64,000 nucleotides of DNA, from contig NC_043015.1 in NCBI RefSeq assembly GCF_006345805.1, positions 43,090,001 through 43,154,000 on the forward strand. Reading direction: 5' to 3'. Origin of the DNA: Octopus sinensis. Its lineage: Eukaryota. The first letter of the stretch is position 1; each line of letters opens with the position of its first letter. Positions 37,929 through 52,178 of this stretch are shown piece after piece. A program made the translations under genes and the position numbers. Below the pieces are notes generated by a model. It saw nothing but the letters and a program-made list of their open reading frames with translations, ran no database searches and had not been told where the DNA came from.

Positions 37929-39344
37929 GGGGAGAAGGGTGTTATAACAGAGAGATAAAGAAGGGACACAAAAGAGAGAGAGAGAAAGAATGGGAAAGAG
38001 TGAGAGGAAGATAGAGAAAGAGAGGGAGTGGAAGAAAACAAGACAGGTAGAGGGGAGAGAAAGAGAAAGGCAGAGAAAAAGGGGAGAAGTGCTAATGTGA
38101 AAGTGAAGAAGAGGAAAAGAAAAGGGAAAAAGAAAAAGAGAACAAAGTGGAAGAGATAGGGAGAAAAAAGAAAGGAAGAAAGAAAGGTCTAACCCCCCCC
38201 CCCCAGCCCTATCAAGAAACAAGATTTTTCGAAACATGTGCTCCCGGTATATAGAAAGAATGGTAAACCATTTTACCAGAACAGAGGCCCCTGGCGGTGG
38301 GTATGTGGTGGGAGCGAGGAGAGAACAGAGAAAGAAACAGAACTGAATAGTCATAACACACACACACTCACACATAGTGTGTGTGTGTATGTATATATAC
38401 ACATATATAAAATAATGACAATCCCTAATATTCTTCCCTAGCTGCCAACATTTAGACCTCCTTATGTCTCTGCAAAACTAGAAGACATTCATTCCACTTT
38501 GACAAAGATCTGGAATTCTTCCAGCAAACCACAACAGATTCGAAAAGAATGCTACTTCTTGTCGGCACTGCCAACTCTATTATTATTATTATTATTATTA
38601 TTACTACTACTATGGTGGCTGATTGGCAAAATCATTAGTGTCTTGCAGTAATTGCTCTAGTTCTTTGTACTTTATTCTCCCCCTGAGGCCGATATATATA
38701 TATATATTTGTGTGTAAGTCACACTATTTTGTACTTGATTTTAACAGCAAAAAAATATCAGTGTGACTAACATATGGGGTAAAGCTAAAATTATGATGGG
38801 AAAAAAAATTTCTTTTTGAGCCAGGATTTAACCCCAAATTAGAGGTGCAATTTATAAATGAGCAAAGATGGTAAAAACCAGTAAAAAAAAAATAAACTGG
38901 GTTCAGTTCTTGCTTGTGCTCTCGACACAAGCACAAATTAGCAATACTTTACAGAGAAGGTTCTGAGGCACCACTCCTAGTCTCCACCTCCTCCGAGAAA
39001 CAAAGGTGGGTTGAAGCAAGTGCTAGCAATCACTTCTTATACAGCATGATACAAAAATCTCTACAGAGAAACCACAAAACACTGAGATTGACAGCAGTGG
39101 AGTCAGAGTCGTGGAGTCAAAGTCATGGAGTCAGAGTCGTGGAGTCAGAGTTTAATTTTAGATGTTGATCATTTTGTAATCTTCCAGCAGACATCGCATT
39201 TTTCCTTGTGTATCTTGATTCCTTCAAGAAGATTGGTACACACACACACATGTTACTGTGTTAATCCTCTGTACTTTAGTTTTATTCCGAGATGGACTGA
39301 ATCCAAATTCACACATATGTAGACACACACACACACACACAAAC

Positions 39345-39391
<47 letters not shown>

Positions 39392-39478
39392 ACACTATAC
39401 TTGTTCCACGTATGCGCATTGTTGTGTTTTCTCTTTGTGTTTTCATGTTTGGATTAACTTTATATATGTATATATATA

Positions 39479-39509
<31 letters not shown>

Positions 39510-39510
39510 G

Positions 39511-39541
<31 letters not shown>

Positions 39542-40309
39542 ATTCATACATACACACAGACAGACACACACATATATATTTACCTACACCTCTATATATC
39601 TATATAATCTATCTTTCTCTTTTTCTCTCTCTCCATGTGAGTCTGCTATCAGTGTGTGTATGTGTGTATGTATGTATGATTCTCCAGAGACAATGTTGCA
39701 TGTTATAAAATGGATAATTTAAGAGCAACCGGGCCAGAATTGACCTTTAGAAAAACCAAATAAATGCCATTATTTACAAAAAAAAAAAAAAAAAAATCCA
39801 TAAACACAAAATAATTTCTAAAATATTGAATGGAATAACAAACAAAGAAAGGCTCCGTGTTGTATCGCTCAATTTTTTGCTCTCCCTCATTTGTACGCAT
39901 GTAATGTGTTGGAGAGGCAGGACAAAACTTCCGATGCCACACAATTCTCTGTAGAAACATTTGCAATTATCAAAGAACTAATGTAATTCAATGATGTATG
40001 AGTTTAATGCCATGATATTTGACTACTGAAAGAGGGTTTTGTGGATTAAATTCTCTGGGTTAAAGATGAGGGTAAAACAAAAAACAAAAAAGAGAAAAGA
40101 AAGAAATTAGATGTAAGAAATGTGACTGGTGGCATTTTTGCTCGTGTTTTGTGGCCCCGAGTTAGTTCTCTTCTAGCAGACCTCTGAGAGCCATAGTATT
40201 TTAGTGAGTGTAGTGGGTTACATCATACAATGTCCTTCCCATTTATTGGTAAATGTGGAGTAGCCATGCGTCTTTTACACAAAGTAACCGTATAGCTTCT
40301 ACGTAGGGT

Positions 40310-40680
40310 AAGCTTGAGAGGTGATTGGATGGAACTTACACTCGCCTCCTTATGAGAGCTCAAAATCTCTCGTGGAAGCGTCATCCAGCCAAAGTACAAA
40401 TATATGGGAAATTACCACCTGTATCACTCTTGTGAAAGGTAGAAGAGTCCAGTTTGCTGGACATTGTTGTAGAGCTGAAAACGAGGTAATTTCTACTCTT
40501 CTCCTCTGGAAGCCATCTGCTCGCGGTACCAGAGGGCGCACACTCTCCTACCCTGATGTAATCTCCAGGGATACAGGCATCCAGCAGCAGGACCTCCGTA
40601 ATGCTATGATGGACCGTAAAGTCTGGCGTAACATAGTAAATTCCATTGTCTCGACCACAGTCGAACAATGATGATGATGA
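40310..40680 (+). mobile_element. 5'-truncated RTE (TGA)n-tail fragment
   Basis: Same family as 1-406; AGGGTA target duplication. Confidence 0.85.
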
Positions 40681-40855
40681 GGGTAGCCCTAAATCTTCTC
40701 TATAGCAGGACACCTGTGCTTCTCCCTCTATCAGAATTTCACCTCTCAATACCTAGCATACAGCCATAAATGAACAACATAGGGGTAGCATCTAGTTCCA
40801 ATCTTCCGACCACGAGTCCGCTGCCCTAACCACTGGGCCATTGCGCCTCCACGTA

Positions 40856-40894
<39 letters not shown>

Positions 40895-40991
40895 TCAAAT
40901 ATTACATAGTCTATTGACTATTTTTTCTTTCTAACTTGACCACTGTTAGCGGAGAATTTTTCTAGAATTTTTGCTACCCTAAAATTTATTA

Positions 40992-41022
<31 letters not shown>

Positions 41023-41032
41023 ATATATATAG

Positions 41033-41063
<31 letters not shown>

Positions 41064-41831
41064 ATTCATACATACACACAGACAGACACACACATATATA
41101 TTTACCTACACCTCTATATATCTATATAATCTATCTTTCTCTTTTTCTCTCTCTCCATGTGAGTCTGCTATCAGTGTGTGTATGTGTGTATGTATGTATG
41201 ATTCTCCAGAGACAATGTTGCATGTTATAAAATGGATAATTTAAGAGCAACCGGGCCAGAATTGACCTTTAGAAAAACCAAATAAATGCCATTATTTACA
41301 AAAAAAAAAAAAAAAAAATCCATAAACACAAAATAATTTCTAAAATATTGAATGGAATAACAAACAAAGAAAGGCTCCGTGTTGTATCGCTCAATTTTTT
41401 GCTCTCCCTCATTTGTACGCATGTAATGTGTTGGAGAGGCAGGACAAAACTTCCGATGCCACACAATTCTCTGTAGAAACATTTGCAATTATCAAAGAAC
41501 TAATGTAATTCAATGATGTATGAGTTTAATGCCATGATATTTGACTACTGAAAGAGGGTTTTGTGGATTAAATTCTCTGGGTTAAAGATGAGGGTAAAAC
41601 AAAAAACAAAAAAGAGAAAAGAAAGAAATTAGATGTAAGAAATGTGACTGGTGGCATTTTTGCTCGTGTTTTGTGGCCCCGAGTTAGTTCTCTTCTAGCA
41701 GACCTCTGAGAGCCATAGTATTTTAGTGAGTGTAGTGGGTTACATCATACAATGTCCTTCCCATTTATTGGTAAATGTGGAGTAGCCATGCGTCTTTTAC
41801 ACAAAGTAACCGTATAGCTTCTACGTAGGGT

Positions 41832-42203
41832 AAGCTTGAGAGGTGATTGGATGGAACTTACACTCGCCTCCTTATGAGAGCTCAAAATCTCTCGTGGAAG
41901 CGTCATCCAGCCAAAGTACAAATATATGGGAAATTACCACCTGTATCATCTCTTGTGAAAGGTAGAAGAGTCCAGTTTGCTGGACATTGTTGTAGAGCTG
42001 AAAACGAGGTAATTTCTACTCTTCTCCTCTGGAAGCCATCTGCTCGCGGTACCAGAGGGCGCACACTCTCCTACCCTGATGTAATCTCCAGGGATACAGG
42101 CATCCAGCAGCAGGACCTCCGTAATGCTATGATGGACCGTAAAGTCTGGCGTAACATAGTAAATTCCATTGTCTCGACCACAGTCGAACAATGATGATGA
42201 TGA
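41832..42203 (+). mobile_element. duplicate of the 40310-40680 RTE fragment
   Basis: Open frame DGTYTRLLMRAQ...STTVEQ*. Confidence 0.85.
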
Positions 42204-42619
42204 GGGTAGCCCTAAATCTTCTCTATAGCAGGACACCTGTGCTTCTCCCTCTATCAGAATTTCACCTCTCAATACCTAGCATACAGCCATAAATGAACAA
42301 CATAGGGGTAGCATCTAGTTCCAATCTTCCGACCACGAGTCCGCTGCCCTAACCACTGGGCCATTGCGCCTCCACGTATGTGTGTATATATATATATATA
42401 TACATTCAAATATTACATAGTCTATTGACTATTTTTTCTTTCTAACTTGACCGCTGTTAGCGGAGAATTTTTCTAGAATTTTTTGCTACCCTAAAATTTA
42501 TTAATATATATATATATATATATATAGTTAATCCAAACACGAAAACACAAAGAGAAAATACAACAACGCGAGGACGTAGAACAAGTACAGTGTTATTGGA
42601 CGGTCAGGAAAGAAGGAGG

Positions 42620-42654
42620 GTTTAAAGTTTCGAGCAGAGCTCTTTGTCAGAAAC
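42620..42654 (-). ncRNA. decayed minimal hammerhead in a (TA)n-inserted element (~42527-42740)
   Basis: GUUU-CUGACAA-A-GAGC-UCU-GCUC-GAAA-CUUU-AAAC; the core has G8>A; an opposite-strand 3' fragment of the same element lies at ~39390-39460. Confidence 0.55.
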
Positions 42655-43484
42655 ATAGGAAAAGGAAACATCCAAGAAAGGGAAGACGGAGGAAAAAAAA
42701 AATCGCCAATGGTACACACACGGTCACATTTTGAATGAAAAAAAATATATATACATATATAATGGTTATAAATAAAAAGGCAAATTATTTTCATGATGTT
42801 CCATCTGACATACAGACAAACCACTGGATTATGGGGGTCTTAACATATATAGGTATTAGTTTAATAGATAAAGACATCTTATATAAATACATTCTAAGAG
42901 AGAGACAGAGAATAAAAGATAATCCCCGTGATATTCAACACACTGAAATTTACCATTCTTTGTCATTTTTCTTTTTTCCTTGGATTGTTCCTTTTTTTGT
43001 TGTTTTTATTTATTTATTTCGTTATTGAAGACACTTTTGGGAATAAACTACACAAAAACATTATTATGTCATAAACAATATGGATGGCTGTAACGGACAT
43101 AATATTTGGCGCTTTTTGTTTCTTGTTTGAGATGAAGTTCCTATGTTCTTGTTTATTCATCTGAACATCAACCCTGGCTGAGCAAACGTATCAAAGACAC
43201 TCCAGCCATGACCAGCTTGTTCTATTTTTCATTTCAGGCATTGTGTATCTTGGGCTACATTATCCAACAAACACTTTTCATTTTTGCTTGGCGTGCTAAC
43301 GATTCTGCCAGCTCACCACCTTAACTCAGAAGGATATTAACCAAGAGTAGAAACAAGTGAGGGTTTGTGACAGGAAGAGCATCCAGCTGCAAGAAATCCT
43401 ACTTCAACAAATTCCATCTGACCGATGCAAGCATGGAAAAATGGACAATGAAATAATGACAATGATAACAACTAACAAATGAAC

Positions 43485-44280
43485 ACTCTTTTACTTGTTT
43501 CAGTGATTTGACTGTGGCCATGCTGGAGCACCGCCTTTAGTCGAGGAAATCGACTCTGTAAGCCGAGTACTTATTCTATCGGTCTCCTTTTGCCGAACCG
43601 CTAAGTTACGGGGACATAAACACACCAGCATCGGTTGTCAAGCGATGTTGGGAGGACAAACACCGACACACAAACATATACATACACACACATATATATA
43701 TACATATATACGACAGGCTTCTTTCAGTTTCCATCTACCAAATCCACTTACAAGGCCTTGGTCGGCCTGAGGCTATAGCAGAAGACACTTGCCCAAGGTG
43801 CCACACAGTGGGACTGAACCCGGAACTATGTGGTTGGTAAGCAAGCTACTTACCACACAGCCACTCCTACGTCTATATATACATATATACACAAAGGGCA
43901 TCTTTCAGTTTCCGTCTACCAAATCCACTCACAAGGCTTTGGTCAGCTTGAGGCTATAGTAGAAGGCAAGAAGGCTTTGGTCAGCTTGAGGCTATAGTAG
44001 AAGGCAAGGTGCCACGCAGTGGGACTGAACCCAGAACCATGTGGTTTGTAAGCAAGCTACTTACCTACCACACAGCCTCTCCTGCACCTTGTATAAATTC
44101 TTTATTTTTTATTTTATTTTTTTACTTGTTTCATTCATTTGACTGCGGCCATGCTGGAGCAACACCGTGAAGGGTTTTATTTTTTAGTCAAACAACTCAA
44201 CCCCAGGACATATTTCTTTTACAGCCTTGTACTTATTCTGTCAGTCTCTTTTGCTGAACCTCTAAGTTTGGTAAGCAAGC
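43485..44280 (-). mobile_element. cluster of SINE family A copies
   Basis: Full copy 43485-43870, partial copy with a ~38-bp internal duplication, then a tail fragment. Confidence 0.85.
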
Positions 44281-45451
44281 TAGTTACTACGTAAATATAT
44301 TGTTATAAACACCTGAAATGATGGGGTTTTTTTTCCCCTTATTTAAGTTTAGGAGGTGAAGGTGGATTAGATCACATGACCTAGAGAGGAGGAGTCTGTT
44401 ATTTTTGTTTGCTTTTTTTTTTGTTCTTGATTATTGTATTTCTAAGCAAACCATTCCTTCTGCTCATCATCAATTTGTATTTCAATCCAGAGTTGTCAAG
44501 GAAAAGCTGCCACAGCACTAAATAATGTATGTGTGTATGTCCATATGTATGTGTGCATATGTTCAGTATATGTGTGCGTGTGTGTAAATGTGTGTACATG
44601 TGTATGCATGTGTGTACATGTGTGTAAATGTGTATGTTTGTATGTATGTGTGTGTATGTGTATATATGAGCATAAACGTGTGCGCGAGTGTACATGTAAG
44701 TGTGGGCACGTGAGGGTACGTCTGTGTGTGTATGTGCGAGCATATGCGTGTAAGCAAGTGTGTGTGTGAGAGATAGAGTGAGAGAGAGAAAGAAAGAGAG
44801 TGCATGTGAGCGTGTGCACAAAAGCAGCAGCAGCAGAGAATACTGGTATGTGCAGATGTGCAGACAGACAGACAGATATATATATATATATATATATATG
44901 CACCACACACAGACACACATACAAGATACGCAGACAAACACACACAGAACACAAACACACACATACACACACATATGCCATGCTTGCACGCAAACCGCTG
45001 TTAATTCCAGCATGCTGATCTATCACACCGTGTAAATAATATATTTCAAATAACAATCATTATTTGAAAGAGACACTGGGATGACAGCTTAGTCAAATGG
45101 AGTTAAGTGGCTTTTCCTGGCAATACCTGTTACCAGAAGCTTTTAATCTATCAACGTACTGCACTGATCTGCACAGCCTTGGTGTCTTTTAGTTTATCTA
45201 CTGCGTAGAAATCAGCATCATTATCGTCGTCATCATCATCGTAACAATAATGGTTCAGAATGTTAGCACAAGGACAGCAATTCTGGGAGAGATAATGTGG
45301 TTAAGTTGATTACATCGACCCCAGTTCTCAACTGGTACTCATTTTATCAATTCTGAAAGGATGAAAGGTGAAGTCGAGACTGTAGTAGAATCTGAATTCA
45401 GAACATAAAGATGGACAAAATGTTGCCAGGCAGGGCAATGATTCTGCCTTC

Positions 45452-45494
<43 letters not shown>

Positions 45495-45753
45495 TAATAA
45501 TATAATAATAATAATAATAATAATAGTCATCATCATCATCATTTAACGTCTGCTTTCCATGCTAGCATGGGTTGGACGATCTGACTGAGGTCTGGCGAAC
45601 CAAACTCCAATCTTGATCTGCCAGAGTTTCTACAGCTGGATGCCCTTCCTAACGCCAACCACTCCAAGAGTGTAGTAATAATAATAATAATAATAATAAT
45701 GATAATAATAGAGAAATAAATAGAAGAGTGCCATCGTTATCATGTGAATTTGG

Positions 45754-45796
45754 TTGAACGATATTTCGGCATCTAGCATGCCTTCCACAGGTTCAA
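45754..45796 (-). ncRNA. minimal hammerhead with one core substitution
   Basis: UUGAAC-CUGUGGA-A-GGCAU-GCUAG-AUGCC-GAAA-U-AUC-GUUCAA: 6-bp stem I, 5-bp stem II, core A6>U; flanked by (TAA)n tracts. Confidence 0.6.
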
Positions 45797-45844
45797 ATAT
45801 TACATGTCAGTCTACATTTTTTTAATAATAAAAATAATAATATC

Positions 45845-45878
<34 letters not shown>

Positions 45879-45929
45879 TAATAATAATAAGCAATTTGCC
45901 CGGTGTGCTAAGGATAATAGTAAAAGTTT

Positions 45930-46350
45930 CAAATTTTGATACAAGGCCAGCGATTTCTGGAGAGAAGTAAGTTGATTACATTAACCCTAGTGTGTAACTG
46001 GTACTTATTTTATCGACCCCGAAAGGATGAAAAGCAAATTTGATTTTGGTAGAATTTGAACTTGGAATGTAATGCTGGATAAAATGCCACTAAGCATTTT
46101 GCCTAATATGCTAGCAATTCTTATTTCTTTACTGCCCACAAGGGGCTAAACACGGAGGGGACAAACAAGGACAGACAAAGGGATTAAGTCGATTACATCG
46201 ACCACAGTGCATAACTGGTACTTAATTTATCGACCACCCCAGAAGGATGAAAGGCAAAGTTGACCTTGGCGGAATTTGAACTCAGAATGTAAAAGACAGA
46301 CGAAATACTGCTAAGCATTTCGCCCGGCGTGCTAACGTTTCTGCCAGCAG
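45930..46350 (-). mobile_element. two SINE family B copies
   Basis: Reverse complement of 19100-19335. Confidence 0.8.
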
Positions 46351-47297
46351 TTTGAGGGAAGGAGCTTAGTCAATTATATCAACCCCAGCAGAAGACTGGT
46401 ACTTTGTTTTATCAAACCTAGAGATTAAAAGACAAAGCAGACCTCACCTCAGCAGGATTTGAGCTCAGAATTCAAAGATTCACAAGAAATACCACGAGAC
46501 ATTTCATTCAACACACTGACAATTCTACGAATCCAGTAATTGTTAAAAGAGGCACCAAGTCTGGGATTTTAGGAGAGTGCAGACAACTTCAAGAGACCCC
46601 AGTATATGGCAGTCACTTTATTTAATCAACCATAAAAGGATGAAAATCAAAACCAACCCTGGAAACATTTGAAATCCAATAATAACCATTAACTCTAACA
46701 TTTACACAAGACCACATATTCTGCAAGACACTGAAACTGATTAAATCAAATAGTTTACAACATAAAATTCATGATTTATTAAAATTATCTCCATCTCCAA
46801 AGGTTACTGGGCTTTTATCACCAAACAATAAGCCTGCCTTTTCCTTCAATTGCGTGTCAACTTCGGAGAATTCTCGCATCTAGAGATTAATTCCCCTACT
46901 TACGTGGAGCAGGTCTTAATTGCAGTTTGGTAATCATGGAGCTGGTCTTAATTGCAATTTGGTAATCATGACAGGACCTCCAGAAGCAGAGATAATTTAA
47001 ATAAATCAAGAATTTATGCTGTATGGTATTTAATATACTTGTGTGTGTGTGTGTAAACATACAGATGCATACTTTTGTATAAATACATGGTGTGTGCATG
47101 TGTATACACACATACACATTTGAATGAGAATGCACATATCCAAAATGGAGATGTACCAATGTTCCCACAAGGTAGACTTGATAATTGTGAGGGATTCCTC
47201 TTACATGAAACCAGTGGTAGCCTTGTTAATTCAGAAATAAAGAACGTTAATTCACTACTGTTGTGTTGAGCACTCATTCACACTGTTCTATATTACC

Positions 47298-47328
<31 letters not shown>

Positions 47329-47599
47329 GACACATGGCCTGGTGGCTAGGCTGTTGCACTCATGATCACTAGACCATGGGTGCAATTTCCAGACCAGGTG
47401 AAACATTATGTTCCTCAGCAAAACACCTTACTTCATGTTGCTCCAGTATCCCTTTTGACCAGTGGGGGAATGTTGACCTGCTTGTCTAACTAGCAGGGTG
47501 ATGTCATTCAAAGGCTAAAACGATGCAAAGCACATTGTGACCAGTGATGTGTAACAACATCTGACACTCTGGTCAGTCACATGATATATATATATATAT

Positions 47600-47637
<38 letters not shown>

Positions 47638-47918
47638 CTTCTTCCAGTTTCCTCATCATATAGTGTCTGCTTTTCATGCTGGCATAGGTTGGATGGTTTG
47701 ATGTGAGCCGGCCAGCCGAGGAAACTGCATGGACACCATGTCTGTTTTGGCATGGTTTCTATGACTGGATGCCCTTCCTAATGTCAGCCCCTTTACAGAG
47801 TGTACTGGATGCTTTACACAGCACTGGCTTGGGTGCATTTTACGTGGCACCGGCACCCATGAGCCTGCAAAATTAGGATTGCTCAACTAAAGAGGGATGC
47901 AGGGGAAAGAAGCCCATC

Positions 47919-47978
<60 letters not shown>

Positions 47979-48694
47979 TTGTTTTTGTGTCTGTCCACCG
48001 AACGTCACTTGACAACCAATACTGGAGAAGACGGAAACTGAAAGAAACTTATCGTGTGTGTGTGTGTGTGTGTGTGTGCATATACACATATGTATGTATG
48101 CATGTATGTATCTATGTGTGTTTTTATGTCTGTTTGTCCCTCAACCCCACCACCAGACAACTGATGTTAGCGTGTTTACATTCTCGTAACTTAGCAGTTC
48201 AGCAAAAACAGACTGATAGAATAAAGTACTAAGCTTTAAAAAAAAAATACTTAAGTCCTGGAGTTGATTTGTTCAACAATAAAAAAAAAAAAGAAAAAAA
48301 GAAAAAATGACAAAACAAGCTAAAAGGTAATAAATTTATATTCACAAACACCAGACATGTTAGAATTGAAAGAAATATAAAACAAAAACAAGGAAAAAAA
48401 ATTAAAAAAATAAAAAAAACCATTATAGAACTGTCAGAATAAAGAAACACACAGGTCAATGAAGTAACACTGAAGAATAATTCTAAAAGAATATAATATC
48501 AGACAATGCTGCAAAAAAATGCCTGACTACTGAAGAACAATGTGTCTTTATATTCTATGATGCTATATATTACAACTACTACTACTACTATTCCTGCTAT
48601 TACTACTGCTACTATTGATTTCTAGCTGTGGTACAAGGTCATCAGACATTTCGGAGGAATGGTGTAGTGGGTACACACGCACATACACATAGAA

Positions 48695-48731
<37 letters not shown>

Positions 48732-48963
48732 ATATATTATATATATATACACACACACACACACATATGTATTTATATATATATATGCATATATACGCAT
48801 GAAGACACACATACTCAGACACAAAAGAACACATGTAAAGATAAACATAGACACATACATAGCTATACTCAGACAACACTGTACTTCATTAATGAAAGTA
48901 TAAATACATATATACATACAATTAAACACTTACATATACATACATATAGACATGCACACACAA

Positions 48964-49008
<45 letters not shown>

Positions 49009-49687
49009 AACACATACAAACACGTATACATATATATATACATAACCAGACAAACACATATACATACATAAACACAAAGACACACACACACACATATATA
49101 TATATACACAAATACAAATAAACACCGGGAAACACACACACCCATATATACATACGTATAAACAAATACACACATATATAATTATCCATACACAAACATA
49201 TTATACACACATACATACATATATTTATGTGTAGAGATCTATCTATCTCCCAGTTTGTGTTATCAAACCTACATATACATACATATTGCATACAAATATG
49301 TATACATACACATGTAGATATATACATACAAATGCAGACACATTTATTCCAAAAGTACTTCATCAACGCCCAGAGGAACGAGGAGTAAATCCATCTCTAA
49401 TGGGATTTGAACTTTGAATGGAAATGGAATAAACACAACACCAAAAGGGATTTCATTTGACGCTCTACCGATCTCATCAATTCCCGCCCTAAATAACAAC
49501 CTACTATTAATATTAGTAACAATAAAAAAAAAAATGAAAGATTGGTGGAATATTGCCAAAGCATAGAGAGAGAAAATAATTTGCAGTGCTTGTTCCAAGG
49601 ATTTAGGTCCTAAGTTCAATTCTTGCTTAGGGCCGACTTCGCCTATTATCGTTCAAAATGTACATCAGATAAAGTACATGTGGTACA

Positions 49688-49962
49688 GAGTGTCGGCTGC
49701 GGGGTCACTCCGAAAAGCTCTATCTGCGACGATTTCATCTCAATCGAAGGAGAGGGGCTTTCTCCGTCCGGGTTGCAGATCCGTGGAATAAGCTGCCAGA
49801 CGAGATGGTGAAGATGCCGATGACCGCTCAGTTCAAAGTCTCCCTTGACCACAAGTGGCCTGAACTCTTTTACATGAGCACCACCCTGTACATAACTCCA
49901 TGTCCCTCTACATGGCCTTGCTTTTTGCTTTTTGAGCCAAAAATTAACTAACTAACTAACTA
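49688..49962 (+). mobile_element. CR1-clade LINE 3' end with (CTAA)n tail
   Basis: Near-identical to 20485-20767. Confidence 0.85.
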
Positions 49963-50324
49963 TTTAATTGACTGTCGATTTGTACCAACATGCAGTAGGA
50001 TAGCATGGGTACAGTAGTGTTGAAATCCTTGCCTAACCACATGGCTTTCAGGGCAATTGATGCGATGGACCAATGGCCGGAATACCATACTGTCATATAA
50101 ATTATTATTTATCAGAAACGTTTTATATTACTGCCAACATCACACACACACAGACACACACAAACATGTACTGTTATCCACTCAGGCATGGAAACAATCA
50201 TTCTCTAAGAGAAAACCACATTTGGAAAATGGAGAATGCAAAAAGAAAAAACATGTACAACAACTGACTATAACACATGCATACACACCCACATATATAC
50301 ACACATATACATACACACACATAG

Positions 50325-50640
50325 GAGCACTCTGTCAGTTGCAACGACGAGGGTCCCAGCTGATACGATCAACGGAACATCCTGCTCATAAAGTTAACGT
50401 GTATGTGGCTGAGCACTCCACAGACACGTGTACCCCTAACGTAGTTCTCAGGGAGATTCAGCGTGACACAGAGTGTGACAAGGCCAGTCCTTTGAAATAC
50501 AGGTACAACTCATTTTTGCCAATTGAGTGGCAACGTGAAATAAAGTGTCTTGCTCAAGGACACAACGCGCCGCAGGGAATTGAACTCATGACCTTACAAT
50601 CATGAGCTGAATGCCCTAACCACTAAGCCACGCGCCTTCA
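50325..50640 (-). mobile_element. tRNA-derived SINE, family D
   Basis: Head GGCGCGTGGCTTAGTGGTTAGGGC...GAGTTCAATTCC on the minus strand; body repeated at ~17525-17650 and ~56400-56575. Confidence 0.7.
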
Positions 50641-52122
50641 CACACATTGCAAGGATGATGCGGTTCTTGACTGAAGATTAGAGGCTTCGAATGACCCGTC
50701 TGTGTTTTTTGTATCGTCTATTTGAATGTTTTGTGTCCTTGTCCCATTTTGTATTTTTATATATATATATACACACACATACATATAGTACATACATACA
50801 CACACAAACATATATACACACACACATACAGGTGCATGTATGGCTGTGCGGTTGAGAAGCTTGGTTTGGAACCACAGGGTCTCAGGTTCAGTTCCAGAGC
50901 AACCTTCATAATTTTATTGAATTAGGTGCATATTCTGCTAGAAAAGGAAAAATAATGCTATCAATCTATTTTATTCAGGGGATGCACTGCCTACCTTGCC
51001 TACCCAGGCAACAAATCCCTGATATACATATGAGTTGGCAGTAACGTTAGCACGCCGGGCGAAATGCGCAGCTGTATTTTGTCTGTCGTTACGTTCTGAG
51101 TTCAAATTCCGCCGAGGTCGACTTTGCCTTTCATCCTTTCGGAGTCGATAAATAAAGTACCAGTTATGCACTGGGGTCGATGTAAACGACTTAATCCCTT
51201 TGTCTGTCCTTGTTTGTCCCCTCTATGTTTAGCCCCTTGTGGGCAATAAAGAAATATATATAGAGACACAGGCTACTAATTTTCCTGTGCAGAAATGAGT
51301 ATTCATTCTCATTGCATCAATCCCAGTTTTTTTACCATCCAAAGCAGGATAGAGCATGTAGCGTAACTGCAGTTTATTTCTCACAATAATGATAAAATAT
51401 GTGCTAATATAAAACATATTTTAGAGATTACACACACACACACACACACACACACGCGCGCACATGCACAGAGATTACATAAGCAAAGCAATATAAGCTA
51501 ATAAATATAGATTAATAAATTATCACCATATTTTTTTATGCTTTATCTAATGACATGTCAAGCGAAATAAAAAGATAACAGCTAACACTTTCCCATTCAG
51601 ACTAACAATACACGAATGCATACTAAGATGCATACACATGCACGTATACATGCATCCCTGCATGCACACATACATACAGACATGATTAAGTAAGTATATC
51701 TGTATGCATGCATATAAGGATGTGTGGATATATATATATATATATACACACATACATTATATATATATATGTGTGTGTGTGTATGTGTATGTACTAAGAG
51801 GAAGACAGAGTGAAAGAGAAAATGTATTTGCAAATAATATTGTGTACAAAATAAAAATGAACTCAACGCCTTTGGTAAAGTAAATATCCAATATACTGGA
51901 TTATTCCTGATATATATAATAATAATAATATTAAGGAGTATAACTCCAAACTTAAAGGGAAAAATTCAATTTAGTATTAAATCAAATTTCACAATATAGA
52001 TATATTTCTCTAATGTATATATTTATATATATATATATATATATACATATAAAAGGGATGGCCACTAAGTGGGCATCCATTATGCTAGAAGTAGACCCCC
52101 TATGGTCTTACCACTTTGAAAG

Positions 52123-52178
52123 GATTGTTCTCAAGAAAATTTAGCAAATGCGTTTGCTAAATTTTCTTCAGAACAATC
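52123..52178. repeat. near-perfect 56-nt hairpin
   Basis: 26-nt arms with one mismatch and a TGCG loop. Confidence 0.85.

Larger units (their letters stand above)
39469..42515. repeat. near-identical tandem duplication, ~1522-bp unit x2
   Basis: Identical ORFs at 39703 and 41225 (offset 1522); junctions lie in (TA)n tracts. Confidence 0.95.
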
